From Chrysemys picta bellii (lineage: Eukaryota): a DNA stretch of 64,000 nucleotides. A program made the translations under genes and the position numbers. This document shows, piece after piece, positions 9,715 to 21,100 of the stretch (the first letter of the stretch is position 1; the number at the start of each line of letters is the position of its first letter). Where the stretch lies: positions 26,722,001 through 26,786,000 of the forward strand of contig NC_088794.1 in the NCBI RefSeq assembly GCF_011386835.1, given 5' to 3'. The notes beneath the pieces were generated by a model. The model did no database searches. It saw only the letters and a list, made by a program, of their open reading frames with translations, and was not told the DNA's origin.

Positions 9715-11883
9715 TAAAACAGCTCACACCCCATTTATTATTTAAAATATTTTGTTACAAAAGGAAAAAAAAGAAAACATACAATGCAGTATAAAAGATT
9801 GACAACGTCATCAAGTTTATTACACAATTTCCAACCTATCAGAAAGAGACAAAAATCAAATCACCGAGAACTGGGGGAGGGGAATTGGGGCGTTGCTTTT
9901 TATTTTATTTTTATCATCCCCCCTCCCACCACTATTCTGAAATAAACTAAAAATTTGTGTCATTACGTAAAAAAACAGAACACTCTCCTGTCAAAGGGTT
10001 TTCTGGTATTTTACACTTCTTTTTTAATGTCACCTCACTTTAAGTTTCCGTTGTTTTTTTTTCCATTTTCTTTTTAAAAAGACATCCAGAGCTGGCCGTT
10101 GCTCACCGATCACAGTTCTTAGGGAGGTGTCACTTCACTTCGCCAGCCTCCAGGCAGGCTGTGCACTCTCGTCCCCTGCCACCCTCTCTGATGTGTCCAA
10201 CTGGAGACCCCTGCTGGGGGGATGGTGCCCAGGTTTTGCCCAGCTGTGTCCACAACTTGCCAGGAGGGCCACGCTGAATGGCATGAAATGCAGCAGGTGG
10301 TTGCTATCCTCAGTCTTACATAAAGGTGCAGGCTCTGGAGACTACAGGTCCCAGCATACAATGTGTTATAGCTTGAGCTAAGTGACTGGAGAACTGCATG
10401 CTGGGATGTGCAGTCTCCACAGTCTGCCGCTCAGATGGGCACAGTCATGCGACACATGCAGGCTGCTCTCTGGCCACCTGTACCCTAGAGCATCCTTTGC
10501 TCGAGGGAACATGGCTCCTTCCACACCACCTATCCTACCAGCCTTCAAGAATCACCAGCTGAAGGCTGTGGTGGAAATAGTGGTTATGTTTCCCCCTGGC
10601 CCTTCAGGCATCACACTGTTGGGCACAATCAGCCCCATGTGCTGGAACAGGCACCAAGACTCCTTAGCTAGATGTAGACCAACTCTCAGCCACCCCAAAC
10701 TCTTTGCTCACCGTCACGCACCATAGAGCAATAGCAAGCAGCAGTGCTGTCTAAAGAAACCTCCCACCCAGCACTCGATTGGGAGCTCCCATTCCTAGAG
10801 CGTTTATGAAGAGGCAGGAGTCCCCACCAGAGTTCTCAATCCCTGGAATCAATGCACCTCCCACCACACAAAAATGCTAAGCAGCTCGCCAGGTTATCAG
10901 TTGTTGGGCTCATCCAGCCAGCCCCCAGCCCACCCCATCTCCATCCACCGATATCACAACACTCAAGTCTCTCCCCATGCCGCTTCCTCTAAAACAAGGA
11001 AGGCAGCCTCTCTGGGAGGAGGCTGGCTCTGAAGAAACAGGTTGCTGGGGCTTGCGGTAGGGAAAAACGTGAACTGGAACGGTTATTGCATGAGATCAGC
11101 ATGGAGAGCCAGAGGCATTGAGTCCAGCTGAGAGGGGCCACCTCTGTTCCGGACAAGCCCCCTAGAGGAGCCAGGGCAGAATGCAGAGAACTCAGAAGCG
11201 CCTACAGGAACGGCAACTGGGAGCAGAAAAAGGTGATGGGAAGCAGCAGCCAGCCTGCTCTCCATGAGGCGGGGGAAGAGGAAATGCTGTTATCTAAGAT
11301 GAGTATAATGGGCCAGACAAGCCAGGCCTGGAACTGGTTGGGAGAAGGGATCGCACTCCTCAAGAGAGCACCCCCACACAGGACGAGAAGACAGTGCACC
11401 ATGGGAGGACATGGATACTGGCCCCAGTAAGCCAAGCAGGCCAGGCGCCAGATACCACGCAGGGATATCTGTGCCCCCACCTCCAACCCTCCCCAGCACA
11501 CACGAGGGTGATGGATTCCCTTCCAGCTGTCCCCGAAAGGGCCACGGAGAGGAAGGAGCTCACAGGCTTCCATGGAAAAGCACCATTTCTCTTTGGGTCC
11601 AAGTATCCGTGGACTGGAGCACTCCCTGCTCACAGTGGCCCCGACGCTATCCCTCCCTAACTCCACGTCTTCCAGCATTTCCCCAGAAAGCAGCAGCAGC
11701 GAGTGTGGGTCCCGAGGCCACCGTGTGCCAGCTGGAGTCCCGCAGGCGACGTGGCTTTCCCTGGGTGCCTGGAAGGAGCTGGGGGCAGTGGGGAGGAGAG
11801 GGGTGGAGCGGCCTCCGTCCTTCAGTCCTGATCGAGGTGAGGAGATACAAGTCCATTAAAAACACTTACTGCCAACCAAACTC
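9715..11883 (-). other. CPSF7: CPSF7 terminal non-coding exon (3'UTR)
   Basis: Acceptor tgttctgtcccttccag|GAG at 11884/11883. AATAAA on the - strand at 9904-9909, 9899-9904, 9816-9821 and 9734-9739. The 3' end is approximate. Confidence 0.75.
9734..9821 (-). terminator. CPSF7 tandem polyadenylation signals
   Basis: AATAAA at 9816-9821 and 9734-9739; TGTA at 9821-9824, 9780-9783 and 9756-9759; U-rich context. Confidence 0.7.
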
Positions 11884-12064
11884 CTGGAAGGGACAGAACA
11901 AGACAACAGGTCACAGTCTCCCTGCTGCGCTGACCAGGCACTGAGTCGCCGCTGATGCCAACTGCTCAGCAAGGATCTGCCTGGGGCCCAGTCAGCCTCC
12001 CCCACTGGAGGCAAAGGCTCCCCCCACGGACCTGCCTTTTAACATTTGTCTTCCTGCAAGTTTG

Positions 12065-12425
12065 GTGCTGACAGGATCAAGGTGCAGGATCCACAGCCTT
12101 GGAGAGAGAAGTCCTCCACCCCCAGGGCAGGCTCCACCAGCTGAGGTGTCTTGTCCCTGCCCCGGTGGCCACCTCTAGGGGTGAGGCAGACACTCCATCT
12201 CCACGGCCCCATTCTGGCCTCGGCTGAACAGTTGGGAACGCCAAGGAGGACAATGCATGTCTAACAGAACGTGGGCTCTCCAGCGAGGACACTTGTGCAC
12301 TAGGAACTGGACTGAGATCAGCCAAACCTGCACAGGTCAAATCGCCGGAAGGTCTTGGCCAACCCAGGCTGGATTGGAACTGGTGACCTAGAGGGGAATT
12401 ATTTCACCTGGAATATTTAATGACA
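12065..12425 (-). mobile_element. LF-SINE-like element in CPSF7 last intron
   Basis: Reverse complement contains CTCTAGGTCACCAGTTCCAATCCAGCC, TCTCAGTCCAGTTCCTAGTG and CTCACCCCTAGAGGTGG in the order of the LF-SINE consensus as recalled. Confidence 0.6.
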
Positions 12426-13761
12426 CCTAAAGTACATTCTCGGCTGATCCGGAATAAATCTTGCAAGCCACACAGGTTCTGCTGAGAGGGAACTTGCCCA
12501 GGCAATTCTCTACACCAAAGGACGTGCTAACAAGACCGGGTTACACTGGGCATTCCTAGAGCGTCTTTCAGCCAAGGATCTGAGCACTTCACAAGGGTAA
12601 TGGGTAAGCCAGAAGTACATGGCAGGTAGGCAAATACTACTGCCATGGGCGGGGGGATGGGGGGGGGGGGAAGGGGAGAGAGAGGGGAGAGGAGGAGAGA
12701 AGGGGGGACTGAGGCACAGAAAAGGGAAGTAACTTGCCATAGTTCACTGTCAATCAGTGGCAAAGAGAGCTGGGCTTCATTCCTAACTCCCCCTTTCTTT
12801 GATTTAACCACCAGGCCCCCATCATGCCTGGACAAAAGCTCACATTGGAAACATTTTGTGGTGGGGGGGATGAACGTTTAAAAGCATAAGGCAATCGTGG
12901 GTTTGAAACCCAGGGCTCCCCAAGAGACCAATGGTTTGATCTGGGTAAGAAACTCACAGTAGCTGGCCCAGTCGCAGTGGGGGGCCTCTCGGTCTTACCC
13001 TGGTACAAATCAGTCGTGTGTCAGGTGTGGCAGTGCTCAGAGGTGAAGGCACTCCAGCGGTAGGCAGATAATTTAAGTGGCATCAGCCCATTGCTAAATA
13101 AAATCCACAAAGCAGAACAAAAACCGCAGAGCACTCCCCCTGCAACAGACTAAGGACACTGCCATCCTATGTCTCAGGCAGCACAACTGGTGCACTGAGT
13201 CCTGCAGGGAGAACTTTCCCACACAGCAGGAATGGGACCAAAACACCATGGCCTCTCGGGAGGATACTGGAGGCTGGTTTGTAGTTAACGCCGCCCACCT
13301 CAGTACAGCTAGAGGTAGGGGAGGCAGCAGAAATTCTGGCATTAGCCCAGGATGGGGAGAGCTCCCATGGGATGTTATGTTTGCATGTTGATGCTATGTA
13401 ATTTCTGAGTCAGCTTGTTCCTTAGTGGCAGCCTCTCTCAGAGGGGAGCAGGAGCAGCGTATGGGTCGCATTGCTGGGCTTTAGTTAAGACCTTCAAAGG
13501 CAAATCTAGTGGGTAACGGTTTTTAATTCTTTAGGACCAAGTGCTGTACAAAAGCCCCAACACAAAGCAGGAGAGGCTGTACACGTGGGTGACACAGGGG
13601 AAACTGTGCAGTCCCCCCCATTCCCCCCACCCACCAAGTAATTCTGAAATGTAGGAGTGACAAACCTGTTGTGGATTGAAAGGCGCACATGGCCTGAAGC
13701 TGGCAGCCCTGACCCATCACCCCTAATTTAAAAGGTCGCATGGCCCTCTCCAGTAGAGCTA

Positions 13762-14108
13762 TAATAGAACCAGAGACCTATAGGGTTAGAAGGGACCGCA
13801 AGGGTCTAGTTCTAATCTAACCCCCTGCCAAGATGCAGGATTTGTTGTGTCTAAGCCATCCAAGACGGGTGGCTATCCAGGCTCTTTTTGAAAACCTCCA
13901 GGGAAGGAGCTTCCACAGCCTCCCTAGACACGTCTGTTCCACTGTCCTACTGTTCTTAGAATTAAGAAGCAGATTTAATCTAAATCTGCAGTGCCGTAGC
14001 TTGAAGCCATTGCCTCTTGTCCTGCCCTCTGTAGCAAGAGAGAACAACTTTTCTTCATCTTTTTTATGGCAGCCTTTCAAGTATTTGAAGACCACTATCA
14101 TGTCCCCC
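13762..14108 (-). mobile_element. CR1 LINE 3' fragment
   Basis: Translates GDMIVVFKYLKGCHKKDEEKLFSLATEGRTRGNGFKL (CR1 ORF2 C-terminus), followed by 3'UTR. Confidence 0.85.
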
Positions 14109-14969
14109 AACTATTGGGCGTGGGGACATGCTATTGACACTTGCATCCTAAAAATCCAACAAGCTTTCGTACTCGACCCAGCTACCACCATGTGGGCAAA
14201 GCCACTTCTCCCCAGCCAAGCCACCCACCAACAGCAGAGCTCACTGCCCCTTGGCTCTGAAGATGGTTAACAGGAAGTGAGAACACTGCAGGGTGCTGTA
14301 ATCAGCCAGTGAGGGACTTTGGCAGGCTAACCACAGAAGGGAATTCCATAGCTGGAGGATACCTGACCAAGGAAAGCCCCGTCCTCACACTGCCCGCACT
14401 GAACCTAGAAAGGAGGACCGAGCGCAAAGGGCAAGGAGCTCGCTCTCTGCTGTTCGGTGTGGGCCGTGTAGGTTCACAGCCTGCTACAGATCAATCAAGT
14501 GAAGACACGGGAAGGAGAGGAACGGGGCTGGAATTGACTCTGCTGATGCATGTGAACGAGTAGCAGCACCAAGCTGGCTGCAGTTTCAATGGAAAACCAC
14601 CAATGAGGGACTTCAGTGCCGGTTATTCAGCAGCCATCAGAGGAGATTAAGGGACATTCCCTTCTCTTCTCCTCTGGGGCTTTCCCTCTTGGAACACCCG
14701 CTGCGGGCAATGAAAGATCATTTGTTGCTTGAGATCCGGAGGGTGGCCACTGACTGTGTAGTTAGAACACTAACTGGAGGGGCTGCCATGTTAGCCATGG
14801 AGAGTCAACTGCTAAAAGCCAGGGGAAATAGACTGCTTAACGTCCAGTCTGCACCCCCAGGAGGTTGCCACGTCCCTCTAAGGGAAGGGGTGCTCCATCA
14901 GCAGCAGGTAGATGGCCTCGCCGCACAAGGGAGATAGAAGGAGCAGGGCCTCGGGCCAGCTCACCTTTC

Positions 14970-15138
14970 TCAGTGGTGCCGGTCCCTTTCTCTGTCTCTG
15001 TCCCGATGTCTCTCATGCTCCCGGTTCCTTTCTTGGAAATAGTCCTCGTGCCGATCCTCATTATGGAGCGGGTCCCGGTGCCTCCTGCTGCTCTCGCGGG
15101 ACCGACTGGGCGACCTCTCCCGAGACCGGTGTCTTTTT
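14970..15138 (-). CDS. CPSF7: CPSF7 exon 9 (last coding); exon ends 14965, 5 nt after TGA
   Basis: [13 protein letters not shown]...RDRHH*; TGA GAAAG|GTGAGC. Confidence 0.95.
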
Positions 15139-18100
15139 CTGAAAGACAAGACTAAGTGCTGAGTATCTCCCAAGCCGTGCTCCCCTCCAGATCTTCAGAC
15201 AAAGAGGGGCTGCTGCCTCCAACTCAGGTCTCCCCAAAGGATAGTGAGCTGTGCCTGCCCCCCAAATCTCCAAAGGCCCAAGATGAGAGCAAGCAGTTCT
15301 TCCCTCTTACTCTGGTTGGCAAGGATTTACCTGGAGGAGCTGCTGCTGGCACCCATGCTGTAGGACTTGGCTTCGATCCCATGAAGACAATCCTTGAGGG
15401 AGGAGATGAGGACGCGGCACCGCTCGTCGTTGGCTACGCGGGACTGTTTGATAACGGCGATGGCCGTGAGCAGGGTCTCTATGGCATCACTGTAATCCCC
15501 TGCAGGAGATGAGAAGGGTGAGGAAAAGGACCAGGCAGGGGACGGAGGATGACGGGTGTCAGGGGGCCACTGTTACCTGCGCTGGCTCCAGACACCGCTT
15601 TGGAAATGGCACTGCTGGAAATCGCTCGGTTCCTGTTCATGATCTCCTCGAACTCGGCTTCGCTCACTGCGGGAGGCAGTGGGCCCAGCTCTCGACTGCA
15701 CAGAACAGAGCACGCGCCTGTCAGCCGGGCATGGGGAGAAAGCTCCCACCCCCGGGGACTGACCCGACAGGTGCTGAAGGTCAATGCCCACCTGGCAGAG
15801 CTCCCCAGGGGCACCAGCCAGGGGGCATCCCGGGCACACTACCCACCTGGCAGGGAGCTCCCCAGGGCACCAACCGGGGGCATCCCAGGCTCACTGCCCA
15901 CCTGGCAGAGGTTCCCCGGGACACCCACCTGGCACCCCATAGCAACACCTTTTGCCCTCTTGGGGCCCAGTAGGCCCAGATCTGGCTGACACACGGTTAC
16001 GACAGTGCCGATGTCTCCTGCCCCCACGATCTCAGCTCGTTCTTTCTAAATCCAGCAGAGGCTGCAGCTCATAGACTCATAGACTTTAAAGGTCAGATGC
16101 ACCAGCCAGCACCCAGGAAAGAATTCTCTGTAGTAACTCAGATCCCACCCCATCTAACATCCCATCACAGATCATTGGGCATATTTACCTGCTAATAATC
16201 AAAGATCAATTAATTGCCAAAATTAGGCTATCCCATCATACTGCTCTCACCTGCTGTGGTTATAGGCTGCAGAGGTCTTGTAGGTGTCCGGCGGGGGGGC
16301 CAATGCTGCATTTGGCGGGGGGAAGAAGGCAGGGTTGAGGTGCAGGGCGGGAGGGACTGCCCCTGGAGGTGGCACGGCCAGGTGTGGGGGCAGTCGAGGA
16401 GGAGGGGGCATTAGATGCTGGTAGTGGATTCCTGGGGGGGGAGGTGGCACTCCAAAGCTGGAGGAGAGAGGTGGTGGGGGAGGCATCGGGGGAGGGGGCA
16501 GGGCCATGAGGGGCATGGCGGCAGGGGGGCGGTTAAAGAAAGACAGCACGGAAGGGGGCTTCTCCACACGAGGGGGCGGCACAGCATTCTCCGTCGGCGT
16601 GGCTCGGCCATCCATCGAATCCCAGGAGTCCCGGGAGTGAGCCCTCGGTGGCACCCCTGTTAGCCAACAGAGAAGGGGAATGGCTTGTGAGCATGGGGGT
16701 GACTTCACCCATAGGAAAGCCACCTGAAGAGAGCCAGCTGGTGCGGCAGCCCCCACAAGCCTGGGGAGGGAGGAAGGAGGCGGGGGATGGAATGACCCAG
16801 TGACCGAGGGAGGGATATATCGTCCCCTCGACCCTGCACCAGCCCCCATCACCTCCCCGTCTCGAGATCGGGGCACCCGTCTCCCACGGCCACACGCCTG
16901 ATTTCAGCGGAGCCTGAGGTGCCAAGAGAAAGATCCAGCCAGCCAAACGTAGCCTCCACTTCCACGGGCCTCAGCCAGGGCGTGATTGCTCTCCACCAAG
17001 GTATCAGGAAAGCGTCAAAGGCAGTGCCCCGGTGGCGAACACAGGGGATGGAAGTTGCAAAGCAAACTGATTACCTGGGCAGAAGCCAAAAGCCCTGACA
17101 AATGGCAAGAGGCCTCAGCGGAGAGGCCACCGGGCACTGTGTGAGTCAGAGCTTGCCTGTTTGTTGGTTAATACAGCTGGTTTGGGCCTGCACAGAGGCA
17201 GAGACTGAAATCCTGCCAATAAGAGACCCTGACCCAGAAAGCCTGCAATCCCCTACGGGAGTGGATCTGGAAAGGGCTGATGGGACTATAAGGTGAACAA
17301 ACTTAGAGGGACATAGCTTGGATCCAAAACTCCCATGGCTACCAAGTATTGGAGAGCAAGTAACCAGATGCTGACCATGAGAGAGTCTGAGGGGGTTAGA
17401 TCTGCAGCAGCCATGCAGATGTTGCTCATCTGCAGCCATGGGAACAAGCCAAAGGAGATTACTACTACAAGGAAACTTTCCCTTCTCTAGCCCCTTTCAG
17501 CCCAGAATCAAAGGGCTGGAGACACACTGAGGCCTTGCCTGCCCCGGTGAGTGGTCCTGTAACAGCCACTGGTGCAAACCCCTTAGTGTCCATGCTAAAC
17601 TGCTATGAGCTGGCCCGGTTTCATCCAGGTAGAAGCTCCATTAATGCCCGGTGTTGGTAAGCTCCATCAGGGTGAGCACAGCTACACCAATGGCTATAGC
17701 CAGGGCAATTCCCCAGTGCAGACAAAGCCACAGCCTCACAACAGCCCTGTGAGGTAAGGGACAGAACAGAGGAACCTCTCACCTGCCACTGAAATGCAGC
17801 CACCTCCATGGCAGAAGGTGGCAGCGGTCTGACAGTGCAGAGCACTTCTTTTTGACAATTCAGGATGGGCAACGGAAAATTTGGTGTTCCACTGCAGTTG
17901 CCTAGGGTGCGTGAAGGCTGCAGGACAGTCACCCAGTTGGAATTTGTCCAGGGCACTGGGGGCAGTAATTCTCCTCGTACGAAACATGCCATGGGATCGA
18001 CAATGACCACAGGTGGCCAGTTTCGTCATGTGTGTCCCTGGAAAGATGGCACCTCCAGCTGCACAGCGCCCCCTAGCTGGGGCGGGGCTGGGACGCTGGG

Positions 18101-21100
18101 CTGGGCCATCAGACTGAGGAAAAAGGCCATTGTACAAGGCCCATGGTGAGGCCCCAGCTGGAGTACTGCGTCCAGTGTTGGGCACCTTACCTCCGCAGGG
18201 ATGTACAAATTCTGGAGAAGGTCCAGAGAAGAGCTACTAATAGATATGGAGGGTCTTAGCTATGATGATAGGCTGAAGAGCTTAAGCCCATTCAGTTTGG
18301 AGAGGAGGAGGAGGAGGAGGCTACGAGGGATCTTCGCAGTCTATGAGCACCTAAAATGGGATCATAAAGACTCGGGTCAGGATCTGGTCAGACTCGGCAG
18401 CAATAGGAAAAACACGCAGAGACTCCTGGGAATTCAGCCCCCACCCCAGGATTTTGGTTGGATCAGGCTGCTGAAGCTCTGCTCAGGATCTCTAGGGCCC
18501 AATGGGAGTCTCCCCTTCCTCATGCACCCTGTGCCCCGCCCTGGCGGCGGGCCTGTCCCACTTACGTTTCCGAGCCTGTGCCTCAAACTGCGACAGGTTC
18601 TGCCGGGTGGCCAGTCTCACCTCCACCTTATCCCCATTGAGGATCTTGCCGGGCAGCAGCTCCAGGAGCTTGTGGACTGAGTTCTCGGAGGCAACTACCA
18701 CCTCTGCATACCTGGGGGGAGCCAGAGACAAGCAGATGATGGCAGGCCAGTACCCCATCACATCGAGGGACCAAGCCCACCCTCCTCCCCAACCACAATC
18801 TGTGGGGACAACCCAACGAGCAACCATGGGTGCTTCAATCTACACCTCTCCCCATGGCCCAGGCAGCATTGAGAGCAGCAATCCTCACCTCTCACTATGG
18901 ACATCTGTGTGCAGCTGAACCCAGCCCACCACTGCAGGGTAGCCGGCATTCCTACGTGCCTCACATCAGCTCCCCACCACCTCTTCACTACCTCGTCCTC
19001 TGTGCTTTGGCACACTAGCTCCATTCACACAAGCATCTTTCAAGCCTCCAGACAGCTCCACAAGAAGGCCTGCTGACACCTTGCCCACTGGGAACAGGCC
19101 GGACAATCATGGTGACAAACCCATAGGAGAAAAGGTCCAGGGTCTCCCCCAACAGTGTTTACTCTTTGGACTGGCCCAGTGCCAGAAGGCCTTGGGTCCC
19201 TCCAGAGCTCTCACCCTTTGGATTGGCCATTGGCTCGGTTCTCCGCGAATTTCAGCTCCACCACATCGTAGACCCCCACTGAGCGAATAATCTGGATCAG
19301 CTGCTGGTCAGTTGTCCACTGATTGAGAACAGGTGGAAGAGGACAGCGTTAGCAGCTAAGGCCCTATGGCAGGATCTCTGGGCCACACACCCTTGTTCCA
19401 GGACTAGCATTATCCATCATTCACCACCACCAAGGCCCACCCTGTTCAATCTCCCCCTAGGATCTTTAGCGTAGGCTCCAGTTTCTGATGCCACAAATGC
19501 TTTCAACGGGAAGATGATACAGCCCAGCCTAGTAACCCTCTGTCTGGGAGACACCAATCCCCAGGGAGACAGTTGTAAATGACAGTCATAAGATCTGGGA
19601 AAAGGCACCCTGGAGAGCTGTGGTGATTGAAGGGCTCTGTCTACAGAGTTTGAGCAGTAGGGTAAAATTCCCCCACGTGCCACTCCACCAACAGACCTGG
19701 AGCAAGAAGGATCACAGGGGTTGTGGGGCCAGAGCTCAGTTTCCAGGCCCATTCAGTCCTTGGCTTCTCTCAGGGACTACCAACAAAGGGGACAATTAGT
19801 CCCAACTGTGTCAGTGGCTTGTGTGGTGGGGACATCTGTTCTTCAGAAAGCCACCACCTCATGTCATATAAGCCAGCCCACAGCCACAAGAGCACATAAG
19901 CTGGCCCAGAGCCATCACCCTCCCACTGCACTAGCTCTGAAGTGTTAAAGGCTCCATATCCCAGGCCCATGCAGACCGCACCATGAGATCACCATTGGCC
20001 ACAGGTGGTCCAGGTCTCTGTTTTACCACACCTCACTAACTGTTTGATAGCACAGCCCTTGCAAGCCCAGGATGGGGCACTGGTTCAGTATTGACACAAA
20101 GGGAAGAGAGCCCCCTATACCATACCCCTTTCTACAGAACATGGGTTTCCTTAGAGGATCCCCATCCACGTACAGACCAAGCTTGATTTCACTTCACTTG
20201 ACAGCAACAATTGCAGCCCAGACTGCAAGCACTGAAGACACCGCATCTGTCCCCAGTAAGTGGAGGACAGTCATACTAGGCCATGTGCTTCCAGCAGGCA
20301 CCAGTGACCTGACTCACCCAGGAGAAGCTGCCCACATACACGGCAGCCCGTTTGTTACGCAGGCCGCTGTAGGTGTACAAGATGGCAGGCGATTTGCTGT
20401 TTGGCTTGGGGGACTGCTCCTGGCGGATCTCGGTCGGTGCCTCCGAGCTGCTGGTGCGGCTTTCGGGTGGCTGCGAGCTTGCTGCTAGCACGTCGTCGTA
20501 CAGATCCATCTGGTCAGCATTACTGAATTCGGAGTCCTAGGACACACAAGAGATCAGTGAGCATTTCTGTGACAAGCCCATGGGGTCAGTTTACCAGCTG
20601 GGCAACAATCAATCACTAGCCAGTCACGTCAAGGGAGAGGCTCCAGCAGGCCAGAGGTTTGCCCTGCCCAGTGCTTCTGATCTGCTGGCAAACAGCCCGT
20701 GCACCCAAGAGATTAAACACCAAACACAAAACAATCCTGAGGAGGAATCATTCTCTCCTGCCCAGACTGAGTTTCTCTAGAACTCCCACTCTCAGAAGCC
20801 AAAGGGAAGGAATGCTACTGGGCTGAGAATTACCATGTAACAGGAAAAGTTTCAGAGTAGCAGCCGTGTTAGTCTGTATCCGCAAAAAGAAGAACAGGAG
20901 GACTTGTGGCACCTTAGAGACTAACAAATTTATTAGAGCATAAGCTTTCGTGGACTACAGCCCACTTCTTCGGATGCATATGAAGAAGTGGGCTGTAGTC
21001 CACGAAAGCTTATGCTCTAATAAATTTGTTAGTCTCTAAGGTGCCACAAGTCCTCCTGTTCTTCTTCATGTAACAGGGACACTCCTGGTTCTTCAGCCTC

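Noticed and set aside
16657-16683. In-frame AAG acceptor 27 nt upstream of CPSF7 exon 6, mimicking the 9-aa human isoform insert
   Set aside because: AAG with a poor upstream tract. The human insert, as recalled, comes from an alternative donor of exon 5, and the +27 position here has no GT.
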